DNA of 64,000 bases from the IMG/VR virus record IMGVR_UViG_3300029134_000184; one strand, written 5' to 3'. This document shows, one piece after another, positions 19,378 through 28,503 of the stretch. The first letter of the stretch is position 1; each line of letters opens with the position of its first letter. The stretch comes from a virus. The position numbers and the translations under genes are program-made. A model generated the notes under the pieces. The model ran no database searches. It was not told where the DNA came from and saw nothing but the letters and a program-made list of their open reading frames with translations.

Positions 19378-19917
19378 ATGAATTACGGTAAAATTATATA
19401 TTGTGATACAGCAAACGGAATCGGCTGCAGGACTGTTCTTTTTGTTTCAGGCTGCACGCATCACTGCAAGGGGTGCTTTAATGATATGGCCTGGCCATTC
19501 GATTATGGAAAAGAATACACAAAAGAAACAGAAAACAAGATTCTTGAGTCTTTAAAACCTGATTACATAAGAGGGTTGTCTATTCTTGGCGGTGAACCGA
19601 TGGAACCAGAGAATCAGGCGGAAGTCTGGAACCTTATAAAAAGAGTCAGAAAAGAATTGCCAAAAAAAGATATCTGGGTATATTCCGGATATCTGTGGGA
19701 AGAGCTGACCGGAAAAGAAAAAGCGAGATGCAGGCAGGGAATGGCTGACAGAATCAGGCTGGATAACATCCTGCAGAATATTGATGTTCTGGTTGATGGT
19801 GAATTCCAGGAAGATAAAAAAAATATCATGCTTGAATTTCGCGGAAGCGAAAACCAGAGGGTGATTGACGTTAAGAAGACGCTGGAGACTGGTGAAGTTA
19901 TATTGCTGAAATTGTAA
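19378..19917 (+). CDS. nrdG: anaerobic RNR activating protein NrdG (radical SAM)
   Basis: CTHHCKGC radical-SAM cluster motif. N-terminal ANGIGCRTVLFVSGC. Immediately downstream of nrdD. Phage promoter motif at 19337..19350. Confidence 0.85.
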   Translation: MNYGKIIYCDTANGIGCRTVLFVSGCTHHCKGCFNDMAWPFDYGKEYTKETENKILESLKPDYIRGLSILGGEPMEPENQAEVWNLIKRVRKELPKKDIWVYSGYLWEELTGKEKARCRQGMADRIRLDNILQNIDVLVDGEFQEDKKNIMLEFRGSENQRVIDVKKTLETGEVILLKL

Positions 19918-20113
19918 GATTGGCCGCGCGGAGGAAATCCGGGCGGCACTTTTTGCGATGATATAAATTAAGCATATTGAATCATTGTTGGAATATCTTA
20001 TGTTCTTGGAAGTCTACGAAACATGTGACACAAATGACAGTGCCGGATACTTTCTTGCTAATGCGTTTAAGCATCGAGAAGCAGTAATAAAATAGAGTAT
20101 AATTATCAACATT

Positions 20114-20147
20114 GTCCACTGAAGAAATTCGGTGGACTTTTTTTGTT
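20114..20147 (+). terminator. rho-independent terminator
   Basis: GTCCACTGAAGAAATTCGGTGGAC + TTTTTTT. Confidence 0.65.
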
Positions 20148-20342
20148 CAGAAACAAAATTTTTCTGTACATTGTAAAAAAGCGGTGCTCCTCTACCGAAA
20201 AACGAGGCCTAAAAAAGACAACGGAGAGATGCCTGCAGAAATGCGAAGTAAGGACAGACGGAGAGGCCTGTTCTTCCTAATGGGGGAGCGTAATAGGTAC
20301 CCACAAATTCCAGATTCTTTCATATTCTGGGCGCTGCTCAAA

Positions 20343-20382
20343 ATAAGAAGCCAGTGAAAAAACCTGCGGGCTTCTGTTTTTT
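20343..20382 (+). terminator. rho-independent terminator
   Basis: GAAGCCAGTGAAAAAACCTGCGGGCTTC + TTTTTTTT. Confidence 0.6.
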
Positions 20383-20451
20383 TTCGTATGGAAAATATAG
20401 CATATTAAGATTGTAAACGATAAAATAAGAAACAAGAAAGGAGCAAAAAAT

Positions 20452-21639
20452 ATGCTTGAATTAAAAGGAAAATACAATACCGCAAAGGTTTTTACTGACA
20501 ATGTCGACAACGAGACCATCAGCCAGGTAATAGAACTGCTGAATCAGGACTATATCAAAGACGCGAAAATCAGAATCATGCCTGACTGCCATGCGGGCGC
20601 CGGATGCGTCATTGGGACGACAATGACAATTTCTGATAAAGTATGCCCGAATCTGGTTGGTGTAGATATTGGCTGCGGCATGCTGGCTGTCAGGATTGCA
20701 GAGAAAGACGTTGACCTTCCAAAACTGGATGATGTAATTAATGCATACGTTCCGGCTGGGTTCAACGTTAATGAAGAACCGCTTGGCAATTTCAGCCATT
20801 TGAAGGACTTGGTCGCTCCGGCTGATATATCGCTGGCTTATTGCAGCATTGGAAGACTGGGAGGCGGCAATCATTTTATCGAACTTGATAAAGATGATGA
20901 CGGAAACTTGTGGCTTGTAATCCATACTGGTTCCAGACATCTCGGACTGGAAGTTGCGAAACACTACCAAGAGCTCGCATACAAACAGCTGAAAGATTCA
21001 GATGTTGGCGATAAAATCAAGGCTGTAATTGCAGACCCGAAAGCAAAAGGAAGGAAAAAAGAAATTGAAAAAACAATCCAGGCGTTAAAGATGCACGAGC
21101 CGCATATTCCGAAATCCTTATGCTATGTTTCCGGCCAGGCATTCAAAGACTACATCCACGATATGGAAATTGTCCAGAAGCATGCAGAGTTAAACAGAAA
21201 ATATATTGCCGATACAATCATTGAGAAGATGGGCTGGCATATTTGCGAAGAATTCCAGACAATACACAATTACATTGATACAAAAAATTTGATTCTTCGC
21301 AAAGGTTCCGTGTCTGCACGAGATGGCGAAAAACTGATAATCCCGATAAATATGCGTGACGGGTCTTTGATTTGTATTGGAAAAGGCAATCCTGATTGGA
21401 ATTATTCTGCACCGCATGGTGCCGGAAGGATTTTGTCAAGAAGCGAAGCGAAAGATGCTGTTGGGATTGATGAGTTTCGTGAGTCCATGAAAGGAATATA
21501 TTCTTCTTCTGTAATGGAGTCTACGATAGATGAGTCGCCGATGGTGTATAAGCCGATGGAAGAAATTATGGAAAACATTAAAGACACTGTAGACATTGTG
21601 AAAGTAATTAAACCGGTATACAATTTTAAAGCACATTAG
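20452..21639 (+). CDS. rtcB: RtcB RNA 3'-phosphate ligase
   Basis: RtcB motifs RIMPDCHAGAGCVIG, GVDIGCGM, GGGNHFIEL. Phage promoter motif at 20400..20413. Confidence 0.9.
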   Translation: MLELKGKYNTAKVFTDNVDNETISQVIELLNQDYIKDAKIRIMPDCHAGAGCVIGTTMTISDKVCPNLVGVDIGCGMLAVRIAEKDVDLPKLDDVINAYVPAGFNVNEEPLGNFSHLKDLVAPADISLAYCSIGRLGGGNHFIELDKDDDGNLWLVIHTGSRHLGLEVAKHYQELAYKQLKDSDVGDKIKAVIADPKAKGRKKEIEKTIQALKMHEPHIPKSLCYVSGQAFKDYIHDMEIVQKHAELNRKYIADTIIEKMGWHICEEFQTIHNYIDTKNLILRKGSVSARDGEKLIIPINMRDGSLICIGKGNPDWNYSAPHGAGRILSRSEAKDAVGIDEFRESMKGIYSSSVMESTIDESPMVYKPMEEIMENIKDTVDIVKVIKPVYNFKAH

Positions 21640-21748
21640 AACACACCGCCTGGAGAAATCCAGGCGGTGTTTTATCAAACATGAATTCTCGCATATTAAA
21701 AATGTAATTAAAAGTTTTTAGAAAAAATAAAGATAGGAGAGCAAAACT

Positions 21749-22237
21749 ATGAGAACAGCAGATTTGGATTTTATAAAAGTAACAGAAGTTGGAGGAATAG
21801 TTCGTTACAGCAGTAAGTCACCGGAAGGTCTTTGCTATATACCGGGTGTCCGCATGGAGACAAAACAGGAAGCAATAAATCGTCTTGTAGATATTGCGGT
21901 GAACGGATGCGGAGGTGTAGTAAAATACACGGTTAATGGATGGGAGGAGGTTCCAACCGATAATTCTTTGACAGCCCAAAAGACCAGAATAGAGCAGGCT
22001 TTAGAAGACTTGCGGAGTTTAAAATGCGAAGAATATGTGGTCGTGAAAGCGACAGTAACAAAACTAAAAAAAATATACTCTGACCTAGAAAGAGAAGAAG
22101 CAATCGCAGAAGAAAAGAAAAAAGCAGAGCATATTGCTGATTTAAAAGCAAAACGCAAAGCAATTGAAGAAGAGGCTATTGCTGCCGGCTTTAACTCTTT
22201 GAATGATTACATACTTTACAAAGCTGTCAATGTGTAA
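21749..22237 (+). CDS. hypothetical protein
   Basis: ORF with RBS AGGAGAG. Coiled-coil C-terminus. Confidence 0.45.
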   Translation: MRTADLDFIKVTEVGGIVRYSSKSPEGLCYIPGVRMETKQEAINRLVDIAVNGCGGVVKYTVNGWEEVPTDNSLTAQKTRIEQALEDLRSLKCEEYVVVKATVTKLKKIYSDLEREEAIAEEKKKAEHIADLKAKRKAIEEEAIAAGFNSLNDYILYKAVNV

Positions 22238-22311
22238 TGTTTGCGCTGGTATCGCCAGCGCTCTTTTATTTTTTCGGCATACTGAGAGAAAACGAAAAAG
22301 GAGATTTAAAA

Positions 22312-22494
22312 ATGATAAAACGAGTACGGCTGGATTTTAAACCGGTAGCAAAGAGAACAAGCGAAGAGGCGGCATTTGTGGTGTCAGCTGAGCATGTGGC
22401 AGCGATAAATAAAAGCATAGAAAAGAAATTGGAAAAAAATAAGAGAGAACGAAGAGATAGCGAAAAAGAGGCGGTAAAATATATTGTAAGATGA
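22312..22494 (+). CDS. small hypothetical protein
   Basis: RBS AAAGGAGA. 60 aa. Confidence 0.35.
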   Translation: MIKRVRLDFKPVAKRTSEEAAFVVSAEHVAAINKSIEKKLEKNKRERRDSEKEAVKYIVR

Positions 22495-22582
22495 GTTGGG
22501 GCCTGTGTTTGTAGGTGTTTTTTGCCTCCAAAAATCTCGCATATTAAGTATACAACAAAAATCAAGAAAAGGAGTGAAAACA

Positions 22583-22783
22583 ATGATTAAAAATCCAAAA
22601 ATTGGCCAGAAAGTCTGGTTTGCAGAAGCTTGTAATCAGCGCATCCATAGTGCAAAACTTATTGCGCTTGATGAAGTTGAGGTTTCAACCCGAAAATATC
22701 TATATGCAAAAATCGAAATGGATGATGGTTGCAGGCTGGGATGGCCGCTGAAAAATTTGTATGCTTCGCGAGAAGAACTTTAA
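22583..22783 (+). CDS. small hypothetical protein (tandem paralogue 1)
   Basis: MIKNPKIGQKVWFAEACNQRIHSAKLIALDEVEVS.. is clearly paralogous to the N-terminus of 22821..23216. Confidence 0.5.
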   Translation: MIKNPKIGQKVWFAEACNQRIHSAKLIALDEVEVSTRKYLYAKIEMDDGCRLGWPLKNLYASREEL

Positions 22784-22820
22784 AAAGAATTAGAAAAAAA
22801 GAAGAAAGGAAGTAATAACA

Positions 22821-23216
22821 ATGATTAATAATCCAAAAATCGGTCAGAAAGTTTGGTTCTTGGAACCTTGGGGACAATGTATCCACAGTGCAAAGATTAC
22901 GGCACTTGGCGAAACAGAAGTTTCAGTCCGAAATCCTGAGAAATATCCGTATGCAGACATAGAGTGGGATGATGGTGGAAACAGCGGCTGTCTTCTGAAA
23001 AATTTGTATACTTCGAGAGAAGAACTTCAAAAAGAATTAAAAAAAGAAGAAGAAAAGAAGATTGCCGAAATCAAGGCTAAAATCAAAGATGCAAATGACC
23101 TGGTGGCGTTTATGTATGACCACTGCGTGGCCTGTGCGGAGGAGTATACTGATTGGACGGCGAGAAGAGCAGTTAAGGAAATCGCGAAGGAAATGCTTGG
23201 ACTAGATTTGGACTAG
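22821..23216 (+). CDS. hypothetical protein (tandem paralogue 2 with C-terminal extension)
   Basis: MINNPKIGQKVWFLEPWGQCIHSAKITALGETEVS.. plus a coiled-coil/Cys-containing tail. Confidence 0.5.
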   Translation: MINNPKIGQKVWFLEPWGQCIHSAKITALGETEVSVRNPEKYPYADIEWDDGGNSGCLLKNLYTSREELQKELKKEEEKKIAEIKAKIKDANDLVAFMYDHCVACAEEYTDWTARRAVKEIAKEMLGLDLD

Positions 23217-23604
23217 ATTTGGGATTGCAAGAAAAAGAGATGGAAATCGGCTTTGCCGGTTTCCTTTTTTTGTGTGTAGAGTGAAGTGGAATGGAAGAAA
23301 AAGAGATAAAGAATGAGAGCGGGAATATACTGACCGGTCAAGCCGGAATGAAGGTTACGGGCTGGCGGGAGGTTGTGTGGGCTGGTATGAAAAGATATGC
23401 GGTGAAAGGCTGTTGGCCGGCTGGCGCCGGGAGGGAAGTAGTAATTACCGGAAAGTGTAGCGCTCTGTAAAGAATCAAGCCGGAAAGGTGTTGGCCGGCT
23501 GTGACCGGAAAGGAGTTTACCGGCTGGCGCGGAAGCCTGGCGCGGTGTGTTTGCGGGGCGCGAAGCACCGCATATATTCCCGGTTTCAATGCTGACAAAT
23601 TTCG

Positions 23605-23620
23605 GCATATTGGATATATA
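23605..23620 (+). promoter_or_regulatory. element-specific promoter motif GCATATTGGATATATA
   Basis: Consensus motif upstream of RBS AAAGGAGA. Confidence 0.45.
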
Positions 23621-23645
23621 AAAAAATAAGAAAGGAGACAAAAAT

Positions 23646-24134
23646 ATGTCTTGTACGATTTGTGGATATGGTTTTCCAATTGCTGATGGGGATGCGGTAA
23701 CGCTGGACTTTGAAAAAGCAAAAGAATTTTTAAAAAAGCATGTTGGGTCATTCGGTCAGACGGATGAGGAGATGCAGATTCTGGATGACTTAGAGCATGC
23801 TGAAAGTGAGGATGCCGAAGAGGATGAACTGGAAGATGTCATGTATGACATTGAAGATTCATTTGAAGATGAAGAAACTGGTGATACTGGCTTTGGCGCT
23901 GTCTTGGCCGTAATAATGCGACGCGAGACCGGGATTAACTTTAAGTTCTACGCTGCAGAGAATGACCTCGGGACGCCGCCGGCGATTCTGTGGGTTCCGA
24001 TGTATCCGTGGATGCTGAACGAAAAAGAAAAAGGAATTACGGAAAGCGATTTGTATGATTTCTGCAGGAAGTATATGGACGAACTGGAAATCTACTGTGA
24101 CCCGGAAGAGATGGAGTTGGAATATTATTCTTAA
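23646..24134 (+). CDS. hypothetical acidic protein
   Basis: ORF with RBS. Highly acidic central region. Confidence 0.45.
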   Translation: MSCTICGYGFPIADGDAVTLDFEKAKEFLKKHVGSFGQTDEEMQILDDLEHAESEDAEEDELEDVMYDIEDSFEDEETGDTGFGAVLAVIMRRETGINFKFYAAENDLGTPPAILWVPMYPWMLNEKEKGITESDLYDFCRKYMDELEIYCDPEEMELEYYS

Positions 24135-24142
24135 ACAAGATA

Positions 24143-24171
24143 TTGACATATTTAATCAAATCAAGTATCAT
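24143..24171 (+). promoter_or_regulatory. canonical sigma70-type promoter (TTGACA-17-TATCAT) driving the repeat array
   Basis: Perfect -35 TTGACA, 17-nt spacer, -10 TATCAT. Differs from the element-specific motif. Confidence 0.55.
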
Positions 24172-24194
24172 ATAGTAAAGAGAATTATATTTCT

Positions 24195-24372
24195 TGTATG
24201 TATAGTCTCTGGGAGTGACGGGACTTAAATTTCGAATATCGCTCAATTGTATGTATAATCTCCGGGAATGACGGGATTTAAATTTAGAATATCATTCAAT
24301 TGTATGTGCATAGTCTCCGAGAGTGACGGGACTTAAATTTAGAATATCGCTCAATTGTATGTATACTTGAAG
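24195..24372 (+). ncRNA. tandem direct repeats (3 full + 1 partial copy of a 53-55-nt unit): candidate type III antitoxin RNA (ToxI-like)
   Basis: Unit TGTATGTATAGTCTCTGGGAGTGACGGGACTTAAATTTCGAATATCGCTCAAT repeated head-to-tail at 24195, 24248, 24301 and partial 24356. No spacers. Confidence 0.6.
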
Positions 24373-24412
24373 TAATAACTCCACTATATATTGTGGGGTT
24401 ATTACTTTTTTC
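24372..24412 (+). terminator. rho-independent terminator between repeat array and toxin gene
   Basis: GTAATAACTCC....GGGGTTATTAC + TTTTTT. Confidence 0.7.
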
Positions 24413-24424
24413 AGGAGAATTCAA

Positions 24425-24874
24425 ATGATAAGACTTGTTAAGGTAAAACAGGAATTTTACTCTTTGTGCCAAGAGCATAATGTTGATGAAGAACTATTAT
24501 TTAACGAAGCCGGAAGACCATGCGTTCTGTTAATACGTATGAATTATAAAAATAACGTGCATGATTTTGTAGTGCCACTAAGGTCTAACATTTCTGCCAG
24601 AACTCCGCGCAATCAATATTTTGCATTGCCGCCAAACTCATCAACAAGGCCTCAATGCAGGCATGGAATCCATTATTTCAAACTTTTTCCAATAAAGCGT
24701 GAGTATATAGACTCATACATAGTAAATGACGAATATCATACACGATTGCTTGAGATTATCAACAGAAATAAGCGGCAGATAATTGCTGCATGCCAAGATT
24801 ATTTAAAACAATGTGAATCAGGTAATAAACATTTCATCACTCCAAACATAGACGGTATTTTATCAATATTGTAA
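24425..24874 (+). CDS. ToxN/AbiQ-like type III toxin endoribonuclease (putative)
   Basis: 149 aa. The N-terminus MIRLVKVKQEFYSLCQEHN ... RPCVLLIRMNYKNNVHDFVVPLRSNI parallels ToxN/AbiQ (MKFYxIxxKYIEYLxxFD ... AFIGIVLEIQGHKYLAPLTS). Sits in the repeat-terminator-toxin context diagnostic of type III TA. Confidence 0.55.
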   Translation: MIRLVKVKQEFYSLCQEHNVDEELLFNEAGRPCVLLIRMNYKNNVHDFVVPLRSNISARTPRNQYFALPPNSSTRPQCRHGIHYFKLFPIKREYIDSYIVNDEYHTRLLEIINRNKRQIIAACQDYLKQCESGNKHFITPNIDGILSIL

Positions 24875-24963
24875 AGCTTACATATATATTATGTAAGCTT
24901 TTTTTGTATTTAACTAACGCCCGAGAAATTCTCGGGCGTTTTTTCTTTGCTGGCATAAATTTG

Positions 24964-24979
24964 GCATATTGGATATATA
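24964..24979 (+). promoter_or_regulatory. element-specific promoter motif GCATATTGGATATATA
   Basis: Upstream of RBS AAAGGGAG of 25008. Confidence 0.45.
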
Positions 24980-25007
24980 AAAATCAACAAGAAAGGGAGT
25001 AAAAAAA

Positions 25008-26777
25008 ATGAAAAAAAGAATTGAAGAAGATGATGTGATTTATATCATTGAGAAAAACAGCGGTGACTGTATTGATATTGATGTGAAACCAGGTGTTGAA
25101 GAAGTAAGCTTCAATGCTTCGTTTGGTCGTGAATATCTGCTTGGTGACTGTAAAAAGGTATTTCCTGACGTCAAGAAAATCGTGATTGATTACAGTGTAT
25201 ATGATATTGATATTCCCAATACATTATTTCCAAATGTGAAAGAGGTGGAATGTAGCAGCTGGTACGGAAAATACATAAAAAGCGGAAATTTGCTTCTAAG
25301 AAATGACAACGGCCAGATTTTGACAAACGTTTTTGGTAAAAAGGAAGGCGAGACCATAGACCTGAAATATGTAACCAAGATTGATGATGACGCTTTCTCT
25401 GGATGTATGGCTACAAAAATCATTAATTCAGGAAGTGTTACATCATGTGCAGAATATGCATTTAGAAATTCAGCAATTGGAGATTTAGAACCTGAACCGG
25501 CTGGAGCAGTTATTGTCGGGTCTATTCTTGTTAATATCGATGAAACTTCTGAAAATATTATTCTTCCTGACAAAAGAGTTTCACTGACGGCAATGCGAGA
25601 CGGAATTAATTTTGATAATGTTAAAAGCATTACAGCGAACCGAGCTCAGACTGTGATTAATCTGCGGTATAAGCTGCCAGTTGGCGTAAAGATTATTTTA
25701 AAAGATAAATCTTATATTACAGACGAGCAGCTGTCAGGGTGGAGTCCTTTTCCAATTTTGGAATTAACTGAAGAAAATCCGTATTATTCTACAAAGGATG
25801 GATGCCTTCTATCAAAAGATGGGTTGGTTTTAGTTAAATATCCATCAGCTATTTCTGGAACAATACATATTCCTGATGGAATTGAAACTATTACATCGTA
25901 TGCATTCATCCTCAGCGAGGCTGAGGAGATATATTTTCCTGATTCGCTGAGGGTCTTGATGCCGAAGTGTTTCTGGCTGTGTAATAAATTACAAAAAGTA
26001 GATTTTGGACATGGCATTGAGGAAATAGGCATTGGACATGATTGCAGTTTGTTTATGCAATGCAGCATGCTTCATGAGATTGAAATTCCGCCGCAGGTTA
26101 GAATAATTGGAGAAAGTGCATTTCTTGGAACAGCAATCAGCAAAGTGACTTTTCATGAAGGACTGACGCAAATTATGGATTATGCGTTTAAGCAGAGTTG
26201 TATTAAGGAGGTTACATTGCCAGCATCGTTAAAATATATCGGAAGACAAAGCTTTCCTGGCATGGATAGCGTCACACTGTCATCGGATAACATGCCTTAT
26301 GGTATCACAGAAGCAATAACGTCAAATACGACACCAGATAACAGCCCTATATATATTAAAATCAAAAAGCCAGCTGCAACGGTTTTCATGCCCAGATATA
26401 TTGTTACAGCAGATGCTGTCACATTAGACACACGGCTTGCAATCCCGTCATTCAGAGAAAAATGCGAAGAATTACTGTATGATTATGGAATGCAGCCGGA
26501 AATCAAGTGGAAGACTGCGATAAAAACAATGGAAGAATGCCCGAATGATGCAGTTAAAACATATCTCAGAAGAGTCAGCAAGAACATTATCGCAATGTAC
26601 ATGGAATTAAATGATGAGACTGGACTGATTGATTTTATAAAGCTTGGTATCATGACACCAAAAGCATTAGATGATACTTACAAAAAAGCAAAAGAAAAGG
26701 GCCTCACAACCGTGATGGCGTACATCTGCGAAGCACAGAAAGACATGAAAGGAAGCAACTCATCATTTTCACTTTGA
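25008..26777 (+). CDS. BspA-type leucine-rich-repeat protein
   Basis: Repeats of the pattern IPDGIETITSYAFxxCxxLxxIxFPDSL typical of BspA-like LRRs. Confidence 0.65.
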   Translation: MKKRIEEDDVIYIIEKNSGDCIDIDVKPGVEEVSFNASFGREYLLGDCKKVFPDVKKIVIDYSVYDIDIPNTLFPNVKEVECSSWYGKYIKSGNLLLRNDNGQILTNVFGKKEGETIDLKYVTKIDDDAFSGCMATKIINSGSVTSCAEYAFRNSAIGDLEPEPAGAVIVGSILVNIDETSENIILPDKRVSLTAMRDGINFDNVKSITANRAQTVINLRYKLPVGVKIILKDKSYITDEQLSGWSPFPILELTEENPYYSTKDGCLLSKDGLVLVKYPSAISGTIHIPDGIETITSYAFILSEAEEIYFPDSLRVLMPKCFWLCNKLQKVDFGHGIEEIGIGHDCSLFMQCSMLHEIEIPPQVRIIGESAFLGTAISKVTFHEGLTQIMDYAFKQSCIKEVTLPASLKYIGRQSFPGMDSVTLSSDNMPYGITEAITSNTTPDNSPIYIKIKKPAATVFMPRYIVTADAVTLDTRLAIPSFREKCEELLYDYGMQPEIKWKTAIKTMEECPNDAVKTYLRRVSKNIIAMYMELNDETGLIDFIKLGIMTPKALDDTYKKAKEKGLTTVMAYICEAQKDMKGSNSSFSL

Positions 26778-26997
26778 TAACTCGCGCTTTGCGCTCGTTA
26801 CCAGCACGAAGTGCGGAGTAAGGCCGGAAGGCTGAACGAAGCATGTTTTAATTTTACTAACGACTTTTTGTCGGTTGAAGACTTTCCGCTCTTCGTTAAT
26901 TTTTAAATCAGGCCGGAATTTTTCCGGCCGTTTTTTTTGTCTTGAGATTTCCAGCATACTGAAAATATAGAAAAGAAAAAGAAAGGAGAAGACAAAA

Positions 26998-27486
26998 ATG
27001 AGTCTTAAGAACGAAAAATACAAAAACAAATTGGAAAACGGAAGAAAAAAGAAATTCGGAAAAGAATTTGCTGAGATTCCGAAAGGCAAGCATTATGTGG
27101 AGGAATTGGAGCCGCTGCTTGGTGCGGCGGTGGATTTGGAGTGCGACGACTGGGTGTTTATTCCAGGAGAGCTTGGCGGTATGCCGTGCGAGAAGCTGCT
27201 GTTGAAATCTGTGAAGCTGGTCAAGTGTCCGACAAGCAGAGAAATTGAATACCCGGTGAAAATCTCAAAGAAAATCTGGACGGCTGTGGATGCTGATTTC
27301 AGGGAACGCCTTGGACTGGAAGGAGAGAAGGAAAAATATAAATCCGGTATCCATGGAAGGACTCCGATTCATGCGCGCGGAATTGTGTATGAACACAAGG
27401 TCTTTATTGATGGGATAAATGGCAAATTTGTAAAAAAAAATATTGGGTTTCAATGCTTTTCCATGTGGAAAGTTGGAGACAGGTAG
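26998..27486 (+). CDS. hypothetical protein
   Basis: ORF with RBS AAAGGAGA. Phage promoter variant at ~26955. Confidence 0.45.
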   Translation: MSLKNEKYKNKLENGRKKKFGKEFAEIPKGKHYVEELEPLLGAAVDLECDDWVFIPGELGGMPCEKLLLKSVKLVKCPTSREIEYPVKISKKIWTAVDADFRERLGLEGEKEKYKSGIHGRTPIHARGIVYEHKVFIDGINGKFVKKNIGFQCFSMWKVGDR

Positions 27487-27616
27487 GAGCAGACGCCGGC
27501 GAAGCCGGCGGCTGCCTTTTTTGTAAAAAGAAAAAAAAGGCTCTAAAAAACGACAAAAAAGAAAAATATTCGGCATATTAAAAGTATAAGAAATTTACAG
27601 AAAGGAGATGTACGAT

Positions 27617-27874
27617 ATGGCAAACTCAAACAGGAAGAAAGCCCGTAAATTACAGGCAGCCAAGAAAGCGAACGCCGCCGAAAGAGAGAAGGCTGCTAAG
27701 AAGGTAAAGCCTGCCGAAGAAAAACCGATAAAGTACACTATCACAGCAGAACAACAGGCTGACGGTACTTTTGAGTTTCACGGAGGCAAAGGCGGATTCA
27801 ATATCATTAAGCAGAAGAATAAAGCATTAGAGCCTTACGGAAAACATTATGTGATTTTGGTGTTGGCAGTATGA
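27617..27874 (+). CDS. small Lys-rich protein homologous to the N-terminal extension of TnpB (16..1485); possibly a truncated remnant
   Basis: ~75% nt identity with bases 1-250 of the window, including a 33-nt identical block CAGAAGAATAAAGCATTAGAGCCTTACGGAAAA right where homology ends. Own phage promoter motif at ~27578 and RBS AAAGGAG. Confidence 0.5.
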   Translation: MANSNRKKARKLQAAKKANAAEREKAAKKVKPAEEKPIKYTITAEQQADGTFEFHGGKGGFNIIKQKNKALEPYGKHYVILVLAV

Positions 27875-28020
27875 CTTGGGAAGGTCAGGATTATTTAGAA
27901 TCAGTTAGAGATAATACAAGATGGGGAAAAATAAAAAAGATAGCAAAGGAAAAAGGACTTCCTTTAATGTTTGATACAGTTATCGACATTTCAAAAAATC
28001 TTATTATAGCAGCATTGTAA
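27871..28020 (+). pseudogene. C-terminal fragment of a DUF2513-like gene
   Basis: MTWEGQDYLESV.. matches the LTWDGQNYYESE region of the neighbouring full-length gene 28075..28350. No N-terminal half. Confidence 0.35.
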
Positions 28021-28074
28021 AAGAAGTATAAAACAAAAAGCACTTAAATACTTAAAACAGGAGGCAAAAAAAAT

Positions 28075-28350
28075 ATGAAAAGAAACTGGGAACTGATTGA
28101 TTCCATCGTTAAAACAATTGCGGAAAGCGATAAGGATATTTTTGGAGTAAATGATTTTAAGTCTGCTGAGACCAGCGAAAAAGAAATCAAATATACTCTG
28201 AAACTGATGCTGGACAGAGGATTTGTTTTCGATGAAACAACCCGATACGGTGTTGTACAGGTTGGGCAGCTGACCTGGGATGGACAGAATTATTACGAAA
28301 GCGAAGTATCGCCAGACAGCCAGCGTGTACAGAAAAGACCACATCGTTAA
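28075..28350 (+). CDS. DUF2513-like small phage protein
   Basis: RBS AGGAGG. Conserved LTWDGQNYYE motif. Confidence 0.5.
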   Translation: MKRNWELIDSIVKTIAESDKDIFGVNDFKSAETSEKEIKYTLKLMLDRGFVFDETTRYGVVQVGQLTWDGQNYYESEVSPDSQRVQKRPHR

Positions 28351-28503
28351 GTATATGCCTGTAGCTTTTGCTGCAGGTTTTTTTAGTGTGTCACTTTCCT
28401 CTGCGTTTTGCATATTAGCCTTGAGCGAAAAATCCGCAAAAAAATAAGGGTTTTTGAAATTTGCGGCATATTGCGTGCAGAAGAAATAAGAGGTGTAGTC
28501 AAT

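Noticed and set aside
23213-23751. Two overlapping - strand ORFs (142 and 137 aa)
   Set aside because: Located in the GC-rich repeat island. Pro/Arg/Ser-rich translations, no RBS, opposite to all neighbouring transcription.
24195-24372. Possible CRISPR array
   Set aside because: The 53-55-nt units are directly contiguous with no intervening spacers, and are followed by a terminator and a ToxN-like gene. This fits a type III antitoxin repeat RNA, not CRISPR.
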